Shown: positions 37,801-52,700, numbered from the stretch's first letter. The stretch: 64,000 nucleotides of DNA from Marsupella aquatica (GCA_973895155.1 OZ316891.1:4683708-4747707); one strand, 5' to 3'. The notes: generated from the letters alone by a model not told the origin. A program made the numbers and translations.

Positions 37801-39553
37801 GCATGCACAGGCGGTGCTGCTGAGCTCTGAGACGTTTTTTGAGAGACGAAATGTTTCTCTTGTAAGTTTTAGCTTGTTCTTGGATCTCAGGAATTGTGAG
37901 ATATGCCAACCGTCTACCCCTACTGGTTCCTCGAGTACCTCTTTTCTCTACTGCAATGTCCTCTCTAAAGGCTCTTAAACAAAAATCACCCATCCTTGCA
38001 ATACTGTAACATTCTTCACAAGTCAGATCCTGAAAACCACCAAGAAGTCGTGATCCTCTACTATAGTTCACATGCCTGAATAGTCCTTCTACCGAACAAG
38101 ATTCTTGGCCTAGAAGACACCACACCTCTGCCTTTACCCCTGGCTCTGAGTACCATGCTCCGTCAAACTTTGGCTGATCTAATAGGATATCCTTGATAGG
38201 CCTGATTACTGCACCATACTGAACTGAGTTCCGCCACAATCCCCAACACAACAACGACCAAGGGTGGGGTTTACCTGCATCTCCTGTCATATCCCCTGAA
38301 TTGCCTGAAACTCCACTGCAACCACTACCTCGAACTGTCCCTCCTGACCGGCTACTGGAAGCAATATCTCTAGCCTACCGGGTTAAGAACCCATTAATCG
38401 TCCTTTGGCGAACATCCCTCTTATCATCCTTAGGAGGTCTGCCTGACCTTCCTGACAGTACTGGTGCACCAGGCGGTGGCTTCAAACTCCTAGCCATTGT
38501 TGATAGATGATTTGTAGAGATGCAATGGGATTTCAGATTCACCTCCAGATTACGTTGCTTGGGTACCAAAGTGAACACATCGGAGCAGAAATGACACGCT
38601 ACTCTGAACCGCTCTAACTTCTCCATAGGCTCTTTCTGAACATCACCTATAATGTAGAAGGTAGGGTTGGACACAGGCTCAGATTCATTGAGCCTTTCAA
38701 CAATCTGAACGTGCATGTCAAGAGTTGCACAATCATTCAAGGAAGAAGCTGCAGCCCTACGACTGATTTCAGCAGAGTCTACTCTCTGCCCCCTGTTATG
38801 TGCCACATTTTTGGCATGCTTTGGGGTGATCAAATGCTTCTGCTTGAAATTTGTGAAACAATTAGTGACAGACACCCTATCCATAACATACTTAGATGAT
38901 CCAGAAATATTAGTGTTGCACTCACAACACTCTATCTTACCACATGGAACACCACTAGTGTCCCAAGTTTTGACTTTCCACTTGTGGTCCTCACACTTTA
39001 TGAAGGCCATATGCTCCTTCAACTTGTCAACACTAGACACCCAGAGCTTGGCCAGGTCGTTTGACATAGTTGTTGACTGGAAACTCACATGTGGATCATC
39101 ATCCACAGGTACATGCAGATGCTCATTAGGTATAGGTGAAACTGGGGGTGAAACAGGCAGAGGCAAGTCCTCCTGCCCCCATTGAAACTCAGGCTCCACC
39201 CTAACTTCAGTGTGCCACTCTCCATCACTAATGCTCTTACTCAGAGCCTCAGCATTGGAAGCATTGCTGCTTCCAACATCAACCCCCACTTTTTGGACAG
39301 GCATAGACTGTATTTTTGGGATGATGACAATCTTTCCATCACAATCATCAATGAGATTGTCTTTTTCCCAAGCAGCACGCAATCTACAACCTCCCACGCT
39401 ATCAATAAAATCAAAATCAAAGTCCCAAAGTTCCAAATCCACCATTTTCTGTCTAGCATCCGCCAAGGTCCATCCAGGGAGACAACTAATAGTCCCAGAG
39501 TGTTTTCTGGTCCCTGACTCATGGTCAGCGAGAAATACAGGCACAGGCGGCAT
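34811..39553 (-). pseudogene. DDE transposase, P-element/THAP9-like, with two N-terminal C2H2-like fingers
   Basis: LAEDET (D1), GHASDGD (D2), DQDYIHNGKKLINPL (D-x-x-H), GSDACEQFFSKVGG (E); intron ~37340-37232; one in-frame TAG at 38375-38377 and two frameshifts near 35515 and 35325; CxxC...H..H fingers IECCECN and VACHFCS. Confidence 0.7.
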
Positions 39554-42500
39554 GCAAAAATCACAGATTCAGACCTGCAAACAATACATTGGACAGGTCA
39601 CATGCAAGCATTTCCCCACAATATACACAAGTCAATTACACAATCAACACTATCAAAACTTTTCTCCAAACATTTAATTTTGGCCAATGTGGAATAGTCT
39701 TCATGGTGTGGGGAATAAGCCCACAACCAATGGAATTCCACTTGGTCATCTCAGGATGAACCACTACCACTGAAACCCTGTGTGATGGAATGTCACAACA
39801 GGCTAACATGCAACATTCATGCAAGCTTCCATCTGCCATTTTAGCAGTCAATAGACCACAGACATTTACCGTAGGCAAATATGTATAGAGAGGTCAAGGA
39901 GGGAGTTGTCTATTTCGGTAGGGATACAGTTTCCCACCTACGTCAACCAAAAAGTCTGTGGCCAGAGGATTTTCCAGACGTCCTGGATTTCATCAAAACA
40001 TTCCTTTCTATTTTCCTTGTAGAAGTTTTCTTCATACAACAGAAGCCCCTTCACCACATGACAAAAGTGAAGAATGAAGGTCTTCACTGCACTGGATTTA
40101 ATGAGGAGAAATATAACATTTCTATTGTACTTGACATATTTGTCCCATCTAATGTAAATCATTCTATCGCCTTGATCCACAAAGAAATGATGCACGTTCA
40201 AGTAATATTCTTTGCAGAGAAGCTCTGCAATATGTATAATTAATTTTGAATTCAACCTCTTCAACTGTAACAGAAGATCCCCTCTGCCATAATCAGGCTC
40301 GGGTTATATCCACTTCATGTATGGATAAATCTCCAACATTGCTTGCTAAAACCAGGCAGAAGGCAATGAGTTATTAAATCTAAACTGTGACCTCCCCAAT
40401 CAAATACCCTAGTACAAAACACCTACAACAGCCCACTGCTTGGGAGACCACATCCATTGGACCAACCCCCAAGAGAGCCTTGCCCCATCCCGGCTATTGC
40501 TCTTGGTGATTGGCTTCTACAGATCCAAGTCAGTTTTCTCCGAGACATCTCGGGTGGGAAGGGCGGACCCTTTGCTGAGAAGGACTCCAATATCAATGTA
40601 AGCACTAGAGGGATTGGGGTCTGTAACATGCTCATGTGTGCTTAGCATGTACAGTCGGGTTGCCCACACTCCAATTCCCTCCACTCAAACACAGTGGACT
40701 TGGACTCAGTCCCTATCAACCCTAAGTGCCCCAAGAAATTGGATTCCTTGACAATCCCGGACCAACCAAACCCTAACACTTTGGGCTCTAATCAGGAATG
40801 CCATTGGCAATCAACTCCAAGGCCCCCCCCCCTCCCAGGCAACCTGCTCTCTCATTCAAGGGGCGCTAGACTGCTAAGTCATCACTTCCAGCAAGTCTCC
40901 ACCAGGGGCATTAGTTCCCTGGGGTCCCAATGAACTTGAGGAACCTGCAGACCCACACTTGCAATAGCAGGAAGGGACAATGCAAAAAAGACATGCAAAA
41001 TTGAAACCTATGACTTACCTCAACAACACACAATGCCTGTCAGTTAGCGTCTATGGAAACATTATAGATACAGTAATCCAGAAGGAAATAGGACAAAAAT
41101 CAAAATTGATTTGATACCTTGTGATGGTGGAACCCAACACTTGGGGGCGTCTGTCCTTCCTGACTCCCTTCCTGTGACTTCAGAGGAGTGTATGAATATC
41201 TGTGTAAATGACACCAAAAAATGAGTTGAAGGAATATCTTTAAAAATAGAAAATAACCTGTTTGCTTGCAATTCCCTCCAACAGCAAAGCTTCTCACAGA
41301 CAAGCAACAACTGGATGATTCCCTTCAAATGTAGCAAGACCTTGGGTGCACTACCAACAGGAGCAATCTAACCTCCCGGACTGCAATCGCCTTGCGCGCA
41401 ACTAACCTCATGGACTGCAATCGCCTGCAGTCTTTTGAGGTGGCATGGACAGCGCTGACCCAAACAAAAAACTCTGCAATCACAAAAAAAAATTCAGCTA
41501 AAGAAAAATAGCACTCCACAACTCCACAGGCATCGACACCCACATTAAACAGGAAGCCCTAGACCGACATTAAATTGAATGCAAATAGAGACAATGAATG
41601 CAACAAAAGAGAGCAAGTGAACACAAGCACATTGATTGAGCACATTGGCAAAAGTAAGGTCGTAACCGGGGTCGCAACAAACTGCAGCTCGATCAGTCGC
41701 AGCAAACTGTAGCTCAGTTCGATCAGTCGCAGCAACACCCAACGTTGTGAATTTGGGACCCTTGAAGGTTGGATTGCCTGTAGAAGCAGGCGCATGGAGG
41801 TCTGCTGCACCTTCCTTCCAAGGAAAGTGGCAATTCACCAAAAAACTCTGCACACAATGAAACAACAAATGATCCAAGAGCAATTAATTCAAAAGCTGAG
41901 CAGGAAATGGAGATTGGTTTAGAAAATGTTCATAAAGCACCCACATTGCCTATTATCAAATGTGATGGGCTTCATACCTTGGAAATCAATTTACTGAGTG
42001 GACGTCGACCGCGTAGATCAACTAAGCGCAACCGCTCCCTCCACACTGCATAATCATTTCACTCAGCAGACCTGGACCAGGTAGGTGAACCCAAGCACAA
42101 CAGGTCCCTCCACTACACCTGAAAAAAACAAAATTAGTAGGGAAATAATTAGTGAAGATATAACTACAATGAAGTGGACCTGAGAGTAGTTCAGAGAGCA
42201 AAATGGTCTGAAAACAGAGTGAAGGCAAATCAAGTGTGAAAGCAACTAAGGCCAGACAGAATTTTCTCTCAGATCTTTTAGAACGGACTTCACACTGCAT
42301 AATGGATCCTAAATTGGGCCTTACTCACACCGATCACAATTGCAAAGTGGACAGAGCCTTACTCACAAACCAAAATAGTCCTCAGAAGTTTGTGCTTGAT
42401 CATGATCCAAACCGGGGCAAAATCTGCACAACAAGAGTATCCGCCAATGAGCTTTGTAGAATCAATGGCAGGAAACATAAAAGTAACTGGAAAGAGATAG

Positions 42501-42647
42501 GAAAACTGCATTACAACAATAATATAACAGGCAAACTCAGAAAGCAACTCGCCATTCATGCAAACTCAAATGATGTACAGGAGAGTAGGCAATGGTGGGC
42601 GAATTGGAAGGTCTTGAGTCAACTGAGAAACGTAAACACCTGGCGGA

Positions 42648-42729
42648 AGGAGAGCAACTATAGGAGAAGGGAGCAACTATAGGAGAAGGGAGCAACTATA
42701 GGAGAAGGGAGCAACTATAGGAGAAGGGA
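42648..42729. repeat. 19-bp tandem repeat, ~4 copies
   Basis: GGAGAAGGGAGCAACTATA repeated. Confidence 0.9.
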
Positions 42730-45700
42730 GGGAAAGGCGATGAAAGGAAAGAAATCTTACCTTTACGCAATGAAATCTACTAAGATACCTACAGACGGCC
42801 TTACGCAAACAACTTCTCCTGCACAGCAGCACCAGCAGCGTTACAACTTCAGCGGCACCTTCCACAGGCAGAAAGCCGGGCAGCAAGAGCGACAACCTCT
42901 GCACATGTTTGAGCCCTCACATTAGATGTAGTGGACTGGCTATGGTTGTTATGCAGACGCAGAGGAACAACGGAGGAACATGCACAAGGCAGAGACTCAG
43001 AGTTGACAACTAATGCGAAATCGCAAAGGGAGAGGGAGAGGGAAAGGCAAACACAAAAGCAAATCATCCTCAATAGCAATGGCCACAATGCCAACAATAT
43101 CTACAATTCTAGCGTGACCTAGATAGCAAGGTGGTGAGAAGGATTACAATGTAGGGAAAACAAACCTGCTCGACAATGTCTCAACCCTAGGCTCAGCAAT
43201 AGCTTTGGGCTTTCTTGAACAACAGCGCACTACAACAACGCCAACATGAAACCACAACAACGCTAGCAACCACAACAACGCCTTCGGCCAGCTTTGGGCT
43301 CAGCAATAGCTTTGGGCTTTCTTGAACGCCAGCAACAAACCTCCCTACAAGCGCCAAACAATGCCCGACATTTACTAAACGGAATGCATCAAAGACAGGG
43401 AGCCGAAGGATAGTACCACATTGTCTAACAAAGTCATCAAATACACCATGAAACTAAGTGTTTATAAAATCCCAGTCCAGACTTCAATGTAGGGTAGCAA
43501 ATCCCGGGAGAAGATCAATGCAAGCACATCATGCAGCTCAGGTAAGGTGGTGGAAAAGTAACAAACCTGCTAGACACAAAATTCCCGACACAATAAGTGA
43601 CACAATGTCTCAAACACGGGCTTAGCAAGAGCGAGAGCGACAGGTCTGGGCTTTTGTTGCTAAAACGTCCCTTCCTCCTTTGCGATGCAGTCTCCACAAG
43701 AGTGTCCAGCTTCACACAGCCCCGCACAGTGCTTTACCAAACAAAGTATACAGTAACTCACCACTCAATCGCCCTAATGCAGAATGTACTCAGGCCACAA
43801 TTGTAGCATTCCTGTCACTCGCCAAGCTCATAAACTCCATAGCCAGATTGATGTGGCGGCTACTCTGAAAGCGCGCCCTACATAGAATATGTGCCAATCA
43901 ATATCAGCTAAAGAAAACCAGCACTCCACAGACACCCGCACAGACATTGGCAGCCACATTTAGCTGCAACCAAATAGAGGCAATGCGCGTAGAGAAACAT
44001 TAAGCAAAGCTCTGATTGGCAAGTTCAAATGATAGGAAGAAACCAAACCTCTCGCACGTTGATAGCTTCCCGCAAATAGCACCTTCAGTAACGCTTGTCC
44101 TCAACCTAGTCTCGCCACTGTATTCCTTGATCAGCCTTGACGAAGCTTGCCTTTGTCCCAAAACCTACTTGTTGCCTTCATTGCCTAAGGGAACCTACGG
44201 AGATCCAGCACCCATCAACGACCTCCACTCGAGCCTCCACTGCAGCATTTCATTCAAGGCTCCATAGCTCACAAGCTCTGTGCAGCATTGCCAAGCGGCA
44301 AGCTTCCAACTTCTCTCAAGCTTGCCCGTGGAATGCGCGGCAAGTCCCTAGTGTGTCCAAAAACCCTAAAGGACTTGGGCCCTCACTCCCGCCCTCACTA
44401 CCCCGCGCTCACGTCCAAAACAGCCTGGCAAAAGAGGATGGCCTTTAGGGTCTAGCACTATACCCACTACTAACCCTGCCCATAACCTTTCCCTTTGAAC
44501 TATCCGGCGAACTATCCCCCAAACCAAAAAAACTTCCAAAATCCTTAGTCCTAGGTAGTACTAGTGCCATTTACACAAGCTTCAATAAGGACAAGCCACG
44601 TGGACCAATGATGTAATGACGCGTGGCCTCGGGTATTACAACCCCCCTTCAAGCAAATTAAATTGGCCCCTGGATTTACATTACCCTGCACTAGTTATAA
44701 CGTATGCTACACATACAACACACCCTTGTTGGTTATAACCCAATTATAAATATTAGTCGGAGTTTGGATTAAAAGCACCATTCGGCCGTTCGCACGTCCG
44801 GCTCGTTATTAATAATGCTGGGGGCCCAGGGTGTTCGCCTAGGATTGGCAGCGGATGGCATCAGCCCATTTGCACTAGCAGGTAAGGCCCAACCATATTC
44901 ACTATGGCCAGTGGTCCTTACTAATTACAACATCCCTCCATGGATGTCCATGAAGAAGGGTCATTTGCTTCTTTCCATGATTATCCCTGGTCCTAAGCAA
45001 GTGAAAAAAATTGATGTGTACTTGCAACCATTGATTGTGGAGCTACAAAAGCTTTGGAGTGGTGTGGATTGCTATGATGGTCGAGTGCAAACGGGGGGCT
45101 TACGTCGAGAATTTAAGTTGAAGGCCATTCTTATGTGGACCATACATGATCTTCCAGGTATGAATCTTTGTTAAATTATCCCTTCCCATAGCTAGGCAAC
45201 CATACCTAGCATACTTTGTTATGTATTGAGTTAGCTAGAAGCACATATATCTTTTAATAAACTTATTTACTTATGCATGGGATATATATTTATATGCAGG
45301 GTTTGGATATATTTCTGGCCTAACCACATCAGGATATCGAGCTTGCCCAACTTGTGGACCTGATTTGGAAGGAATAGCGCGGCCAAAGTCAAAGACCTTG
45401 AGGTAGATAGTGTATATTGGTCACACCAAGTACCTCCCTCCAGACCATGATTGGAGGAGAGACCCCTTTTTATATGACACTGAGGATGGCCAACCAGACA
45501 GACGACCACAACCTATTCCAAAAGATCCTGCATATTGGAAAGAGGTATGGGAGAGAGTATCTAATCCAGATGACCCATTGCAATATGCCCGCACTAGTAG
45601 AAACCGGGGGGTATTTAGACCCCATTAAACGACTATTCAGTACCGTATAGGACTTGGAAACGACTGGGAAGGACTCTAGTCCTTTATAGGACTGCGAGTC

Positions 45701-46417
45701 GTATGTTTTGTTACTATAATCAACTGAATCCTTTATAGAACTAGTTTATAAGTCGTTTAATAGACTGGATTTTCAGTCTATTTTAGTCTTTGTGTGGGTA
45801 GCTTTGGTGAGTCGTTTTCAGTCTTTTATGGGCTGCGATGATGAGTTGTTGGGAACGACTAAAAAGGTTATGGAGGGTAGTCTTTAAATATACTTTGTGG
45901 GGTATGTATAAGTCTTTCATGTCAACTGGATATGAGTGATGAAGACCCCACTATACTACTTGGAATGAACCCACTCTTGTGCACAAATAACATATTGCAT
46001 TCATGTTTTATTGTGTACTTGGAATGAACTCACTCTATAAGTTCACCATTCATCATGTTAACATTAGAATACATAGTTTCAGAAAGCCATCTTCTATACC
46101 ATGTACACTAATATGAATTCACAGATTCAAACTTCATAGACTACAAATGAGGTCACAAAGTATTCCTCTATACCATACACAGTAATACTGAAATGATAAA
46201 ATAGATTCAAGTATCATAGACAATCACCATAGAGCCATAGTTTGACATCAATCACTTGTTTCATACATACAGAATTCAGAAATATCAATGTCACACACAA
46301 CGTCTCCTTCATCCTCTTTACCAAATGGAAAAATTGGTACAAATATTTCTTGGATCTTTCCAAGGCAATGTCAAAATGTGACACAATTCACATGATGCTA
46401 TCTACACTTGCATTCAG

Positions 46418-49400
46418 TCACTGTAGACTAACACACTCTGATGGCCAGAGCACAAGAGATCCTACTGCATTTGCAATTATTTCCTGAGGTGGATCATCAT
46501 CTCTATTCGGAAATGGCAAATTACAATCAGATACAATCACTGTAGTCAACAACACTACTACATGGTCATCCGGGACCACTTTGCCATGGAATTTTGCATG
46601 ATCCGGTTGCAAAATGCCTGTACCCACACATACTTGCGAGTCATCCTCCCATGATAGAAGATTATGGACTGGCTCTGCTGTGGCTATCACCTCCACCTTA
46701 CCCTGGCTGTTTTTCTTGGCTTTCCTGGGTGGCTTATACATGACATTATTCATACCTTGGTTGCGAGTCATGACTTTGGCACGAGTGTTTTGTGCTGGTG
46801 ATCGAGAATTGGCTACACTCTTCTTCAAAGAATCTGCATCCATATTTGACACTTCTGATTGTGTAGCAGGATTTCCCTGCGACATCATCTCAGTATCTGC
46901 CAACATTGTACTTGCTTCAATTGAAGCATCTACAATCTTACTTGCATCCAATGTTGCTCCCAAGTTTCAACGTCGCTTCACCCTACTCCCACTTGGTTGA
47001 GAGTCTGTCAACTCTGCATCAACTACAATTCAGTGTCATGTCCAACATAAGTCAATCACTCATCACATGTGCTAAATGTACATGTCACCAACCACAAAGT
47101 TGTCACTATCTCCTTACCATTATGAACAGCCTTCTTCCCCTTCTTTGCCATTGCCATATGCTCCATGTCTGCTTCTGTTGATCAATAAACACACCACAAT
47201 ATTCAGGTTGAATCTATTAACCACTGAATTGTTGCCCAACATTCATATAGAGGAATTTAGAGCATCAGCTTACCTGATACCTCCTTGGCTATGGTCACTG
47301 AGGCACTGGGCACATCTTCTTCATTATTGCTCTTTGAATCACCTGATACATCAATCATGATGTCACTTCAGATCCCAGTTCATCCAACCAGTTCTTACAG
47401 AAAAGATTACCTCCAACCGGCTTAAGCTTCACAAGACTCCATGCACTTTTCAAATGTAATGTACTGGATCATAGCAGGTTACCTGTCTCAGCAACCTTCT
47501 TGCCCTTCTGCTTACTGATTACAGGGTCCTTCTCTGCCTCCACTCTTCCTGCATTCAAACCATTCACTCAATTCATGAAAACTTACTTCTAACATTTGAA
47601 CATAGAAAACAATGAACAATGGGCCGGTGTCATTTCCATACCTGTGTCAGATTTGCCAATTCCCTTTTTTGTTAACAAGGGCACACTTTGTACAATGTTG
47701 CCCTCATTGTTTGGTTGGGAACCACCCAATTTTTCAATCACAAGCTTGAAATTAGATTCCAATGATGCAAGAAGGTTCGCTACAGATGCCTCCACAATAT
47801 CCAAACGATCAGCCAATTTACTTTCCACTCGAGGGAGTCCACACTCTAATGACTTCAACCGTTCACACATCTCTGTGAGAGTTGTAACAGTTCCCTGTCA
47901 TAACACAGCTTACATATCTCAGATAACTGTCCCCAAGAACTGGTTGCTTACTTCCTACTACATTTCTTTTTGATGCTCAAGGCCAAATAGTCACAGAACA
48001 TACAGAATTACAACATAATCACCTGTTTGGAAGTTACACTTGTCACCTCACTCCTTTGTTTCATGAACTCCTCTCTCACTTCTTGTGCTGATGGTTCTTC
48101 ACCTGTCAATTTCTTCTGCAGTCCACATCAACATACATATGAATGAAACCAAGTGTTGATTGTCAATGAAAATGTAATAATGGTAGCAAGATGATAAGTT
48201 TGAGGCTTACTATCAGGCATGTCACTGCCTTACCAATTGTTCTTTCACTGGAGCATAACTTCCTCTCCCAGCCTGTGAAAGGTGTTTCACTTTGCCTCGA
48301 GCATTTGACATCAGTTCACTCTTGCTCTGTCCAGCCTCCGACATGAACCCTTTGATTAACCGTGTCCATTGATCCAGTTCCAATGATGGGGGTGGTGGCA
48401 TTCTCCTGTTAGAACCATTGTCTATCCACATCCTTTTCAACCTATGCCTCTCTTGTTTCAAAATCCTCATTGCATAATCTGATATGCAATCTTCAACTGG
48501 GCCCTTACCATCATTACCAACATACTCCCACCGTTCAAGAATGTCCTTGCAGATAGCAGCCCAATCAGCTTTGTTCTGACTCCTAAACTCTGTAATGCTC
48601 AAATCTAACCAACGCAATACTTCTCCTCTTAGGTCAGAATGCCAACGGTTCTTACCATCACATGTGGGAGTTATCCAACCTTCGGAATTCACTTCTACTT
48701 TACCAAATTTGTTACTGTCTCCTGCCTTGGTACTCCCTGAAGCGCTACTAGGTGTCCCTCCACGGCCTGGTGTCCCCCCACGGCCTGGGGTCCCTCCACG
48801 GCCTGATCTCCCCCCACGGCCTGGATTGCATTGTCCAAACCTCCCTGGAGTCCCTGCACATTTACAGGATCCATTTACAGTCACTTACATTAGGTAAGTA
48901 TGAATCATAAATCCCGCTGCCAAATATACAGTGGACTTCAGAGCAATTCTGCAATGACCAAGTTACCTCTCCCTTGGCGCATAGATGGTTCTGGACCACC
49001 TGTCCTATTGCTTTGTCTTGATGAATTAGGGGCGTTTCTCTTGCCTGTGAATGATTGCCTCCTATCTGAACGTGGATGGCCTTTGTTGTTTTCGTGATTG
49101 TCCCAATCAGAGTCTGCATACCAACAGGTACATGCCACACTCATGGACCTGTAAGATAAACTCTTTGCCCTAGCTACACATCAGATAAGTGCATATTGAG
49201 CTAAATCTCTACTACCATCACAAAATCACTAGCACAAGGCACTTACTTGTCCAATCATCCTCCTCACCTTTCCATTGCCCTCTGTACCCGTCTCTACCAC
49301 GCTCTAGGTGTTCATATTCATCCCATCCATCTTCTGCTCCATCATAGTCATCATCATAATTATCAGGCGTCCCTTGCCAATAACTCTGGCTCCTTCTAGG

Positions 49401-49589
49401 GTATGGATTATGTGATTTCTCTCTAGCTGCCCACCTACCTGGGACTTGATGAGGGCCCTGTGCATCTTGCACAGGTGCATTTTTTTGTGAGCCCCCTGCA
49501 TCTGGGTCTCCATCCATATCCAATCTTTCCTCTTCACCCCACTCTCCAAGCCCCATGTCTGTCTCCATGTCATCACCCTCTTCCCCCAT
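46418..49589 (-). CDS. Element C TnpA/PTTA-like multi-exon gene
   Basis: Exons include QERHRLKRMW...PPPSLELDQWTRLIKGFMSEAGQSKSELMSNARGKVKHLSQAGRGSY (Transposase_24-like) and C-terminal VGTGILQP...FHGKVVPDDHVVVLL...LPFP...NAVGSLVLWP (DUF8039-like); exact exon chain not fully resolved. Confidence 0.75.
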
Positions 49590-49766
49590 AGCTTCTGCAC
49601 AGCACCCACAACCAAACAGGGAGAATCAGCACACTAAATTCAAAGTATCAATCAATTTCATGCATATCCAACTATCCTAAACATCATTCCAGGCAGCAAT
49701 TCCCGTTCTGTGACTCTGTGCAGGTAGTCATCCTCAACCTCATACTTGCCAATCGCCAGCTGTTGC

Positions 49767-52700
49767 CTATTGCAAATCATCAACCTCATCATATTCCATT
49801 TGCCCAGGTTCATCATATGTCTCTCTCAATGTTAAGGGGATGTAGTCAGTCCCTGCCCGAGTTGGAAGTACAGTCTCATGACTAGGATGCTCGAATGCAG
49901 CATGGTCATCCAAACTGAACTCTACTTTACTTCCATCCATCCGCCTGTTCCGTGCTTGGCTATGGCATACCACCCTCCAGCCATGTGACTCCTCCACATC
50001 TGTAAAGAAAGCCTGTTCAACTTGGCTAGGGAAAACAAAAGGCTCAGACCATTCTGGTACTCTAGACCTAAAATTGGCCAACAAGAACCCATCATGATCA
50101 CGCTTCATGGTGGCCCTTGGTCTCTGCCACTCTGATTTCACCCATGATCCCTTCATCAATATCACTGGGACACTTGTGTTACCATAATTCAACACCCAAA
50201 TGTCGGTCAACTCCCCCACGTAACCCATCTTCATCCACCCCCTCTGTTCTTCAGAGGTTCTCTGCTCAAACACAGAAATCAAACCACAATCATATGATAC
50301 ACAATGGTCACCCTGCTCATCCCTCACTCGATAATGATTTCCATAAGCTCTCATCCGTTTGTAGGTCAGAATAGACAATCGTGGTGGCACAGATAGAAGA
50401 TACAAATCCTTCTCCATATCTGGGTGATGTCTACTATGCTCTCAAATTGTCACCCGAATCCACTGCTCGAACTGTGGGAAGGGATCCTGCTGCCCAGAGT
50501 GTGCAGCTTTTTGCATATCATATTCCCTGCAATATGAGGTACAGGCATAGTTAGGTCTAAACAACACATGACAACCTAAGATCACCCTTGGAACAGACAA
50601 GAAGCATCACAACAAAGGCAAGTCAATTCAATCACTCACCTCCACCATGGTTGCATAGGCTCTGTGTTTGCCAGCACATATGAATGAGCCTTGTCTCGAA
50701 TCGCAACAGGCAGTTGAACAGCACGTCCCACACCTTCAACAACCTCGCCACTCACTCCATCATCTTCACCAGATTTCCAAACTCTTGTCATAGCTTCACC
50801 AGACCCAGCCATGTACTCTGTTAGGAATCCCAACGTCTCATCCTTAATGTACCCCAATGCCATGGAAGCCTCTGGCCTGTAGTATGTTCTCACATGACCT
50901 TTCAACAACTTCATGTATCGCTCCATAGGGTACATCCATCTGGTACTGACTGGCCCATACTGCCCTAGCTCTTCTACCACATGGATTAGGAGATGAGTCA
51001 TAACATCAAAGAAAGCAGGGGGGAAGTATATCTCCAAGTCACAGAGGACATAAGCAGCATCCTGCTTCAACTGCTCCAATCCTTGGGGATCCCACACTTT
51101 CACACATATACGGCGAAATACATTGCACAGTCGAAGAATGACATTACGGACTGGTTTCTGCATGAGACCTCTGAGGCATAGGGGCAGAATGTGCTGCATC
51201 AACACATGGTAGTCATGTGTTTTCATACTGCCAAGTTTATTCTTTGTAATATGCTTCTTGAAGGCACCAGCATAGCCAGAGGGCACTTTCAGACAGCTCA
51301 ATCTATACAAGAATGTCTTCCATTCATCCTGTGTGCACACATAGGGAGCTTGGAACTTGAGAAGTACATTGGGATTGCTTGCATGGGGCTTCAACCAAAG
51401 GTGAGGGCGAATCCCCTTCTGTTGCATATCAGCTCGAACTGCTCCTGTATCTTTCTCACCCGACAAGAACTTCAGCAAGCTCTCACAAATATTTTTCTCA
51501 ATGTGCATGACGTCCACATTGTGTTTGCTGGGCTCGAATTCCTGCACTCCACAAAGCAAAGAATTCAACAACAGAAACACTAATTAACCACATAGGAGGA
51601 TTGTAACCAACATCAATCCACCATTGCTCCAATCTAAAATTGCAATCATATAGGGGCTGGAGGCTAAGTACATTACCCTCCAGTACTCCAACTCCAAGTC
51701 CATCAAGGTCTGTCTTTTCACACCGTGTTTCACCACTGGATCCTCAGGTTCTCGATCAGTGGCACTTCTCTTGTCCCAATCAGCCTTCCTGGCTGCCCAC
51801 CTCAGGACTTGCTCTCTGGTGACCCTCTGTGGTGGGCCACGAAGCTCTGTTTTGTTGTTGAAGTGTGCAATTTGAGACCGTGTGTGCCTGTAAGGATGAT
51901 CAACAGGCAGATACCTTCTATGCCCCTGAAATTTCATACTGTGCAGGGCATGCGACCACTCACTTGTCACATTTTTCCCACATGGTGTGCACCCCACATA
52001 GCCCTTTGTCACTCGTCCAGATATGATGCCATGGCCTGGGTAATCTGCTATATCCAGCAAACAAATTACATGCAGTCTAAAGGGGCTGGTTCGAAGAAGC
52101 CCCTTCAGAACATCATGGGTTAACATCCCTTCTATCCACAAAGTCTTCCACTCTTCCACTGTTGGAGCCAACATGATATCTATGAATTGCTCGGTCACAG
52201 AAGCTGGTCCAGGGATTAACAACACCATCATGACAAAAAACCTCTTTGTAGTCATCCATGGGGGAAGGTTGTAATTTAGCAGCGTAACCGGCCAACATGA
52301 ATAACGGTTGTTTTTGTCTCCAAATGGGTCTACTCCATCCAGTGATAGACCAAATCTAAAGTTCCGCTTCTCTGCAGCAAACTGTGGCCACCTCTCATCA
52401 ACAAATTTCCAATGGTTGGAATCTCCAATGTGACGCTGCAGGCCATCACTGCTCTTGTTATCAGGAGTCCATGTCATCAGCTTGGAAATGGCAGGGCATC
52501 TAAACAGACGTTGTAGTCTAGGAATGAGAGGAAAATGACGAAGAACCTTGGCAGGGTGTGTACATTTCCCTACATTCTTGTACCTGTGCTTACCACAATG
52601 AGGGCATGTCAATTTATCTGCATGCTCTTTGTGAAAGAGAACACACCCATCAGGGCATGCGTCAATAGACACATAGTTCAGCCCAAGGTTAGACATCAAT

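Larger units (their letters stand above)
33920..44831. mobile_element. 10.9-kb DNA transposon with 8-bp TSD and P-element-like transposase
   Basis: Perfect 15-bp TIR CCCTGGGCCCCCAGC / GCTGGGGGCCCAGGG; TSD TGTTCGCC (33912-33919, 44832-44839). Confidence 0.93.

Noticed and set aside
33920-44831. hAT assignment based on the 8-bp TSD
   Set aside because: No C-x-x-H, BED finger or hAT dimerisation motif (ERxFS); D-x-x-H favours P-like
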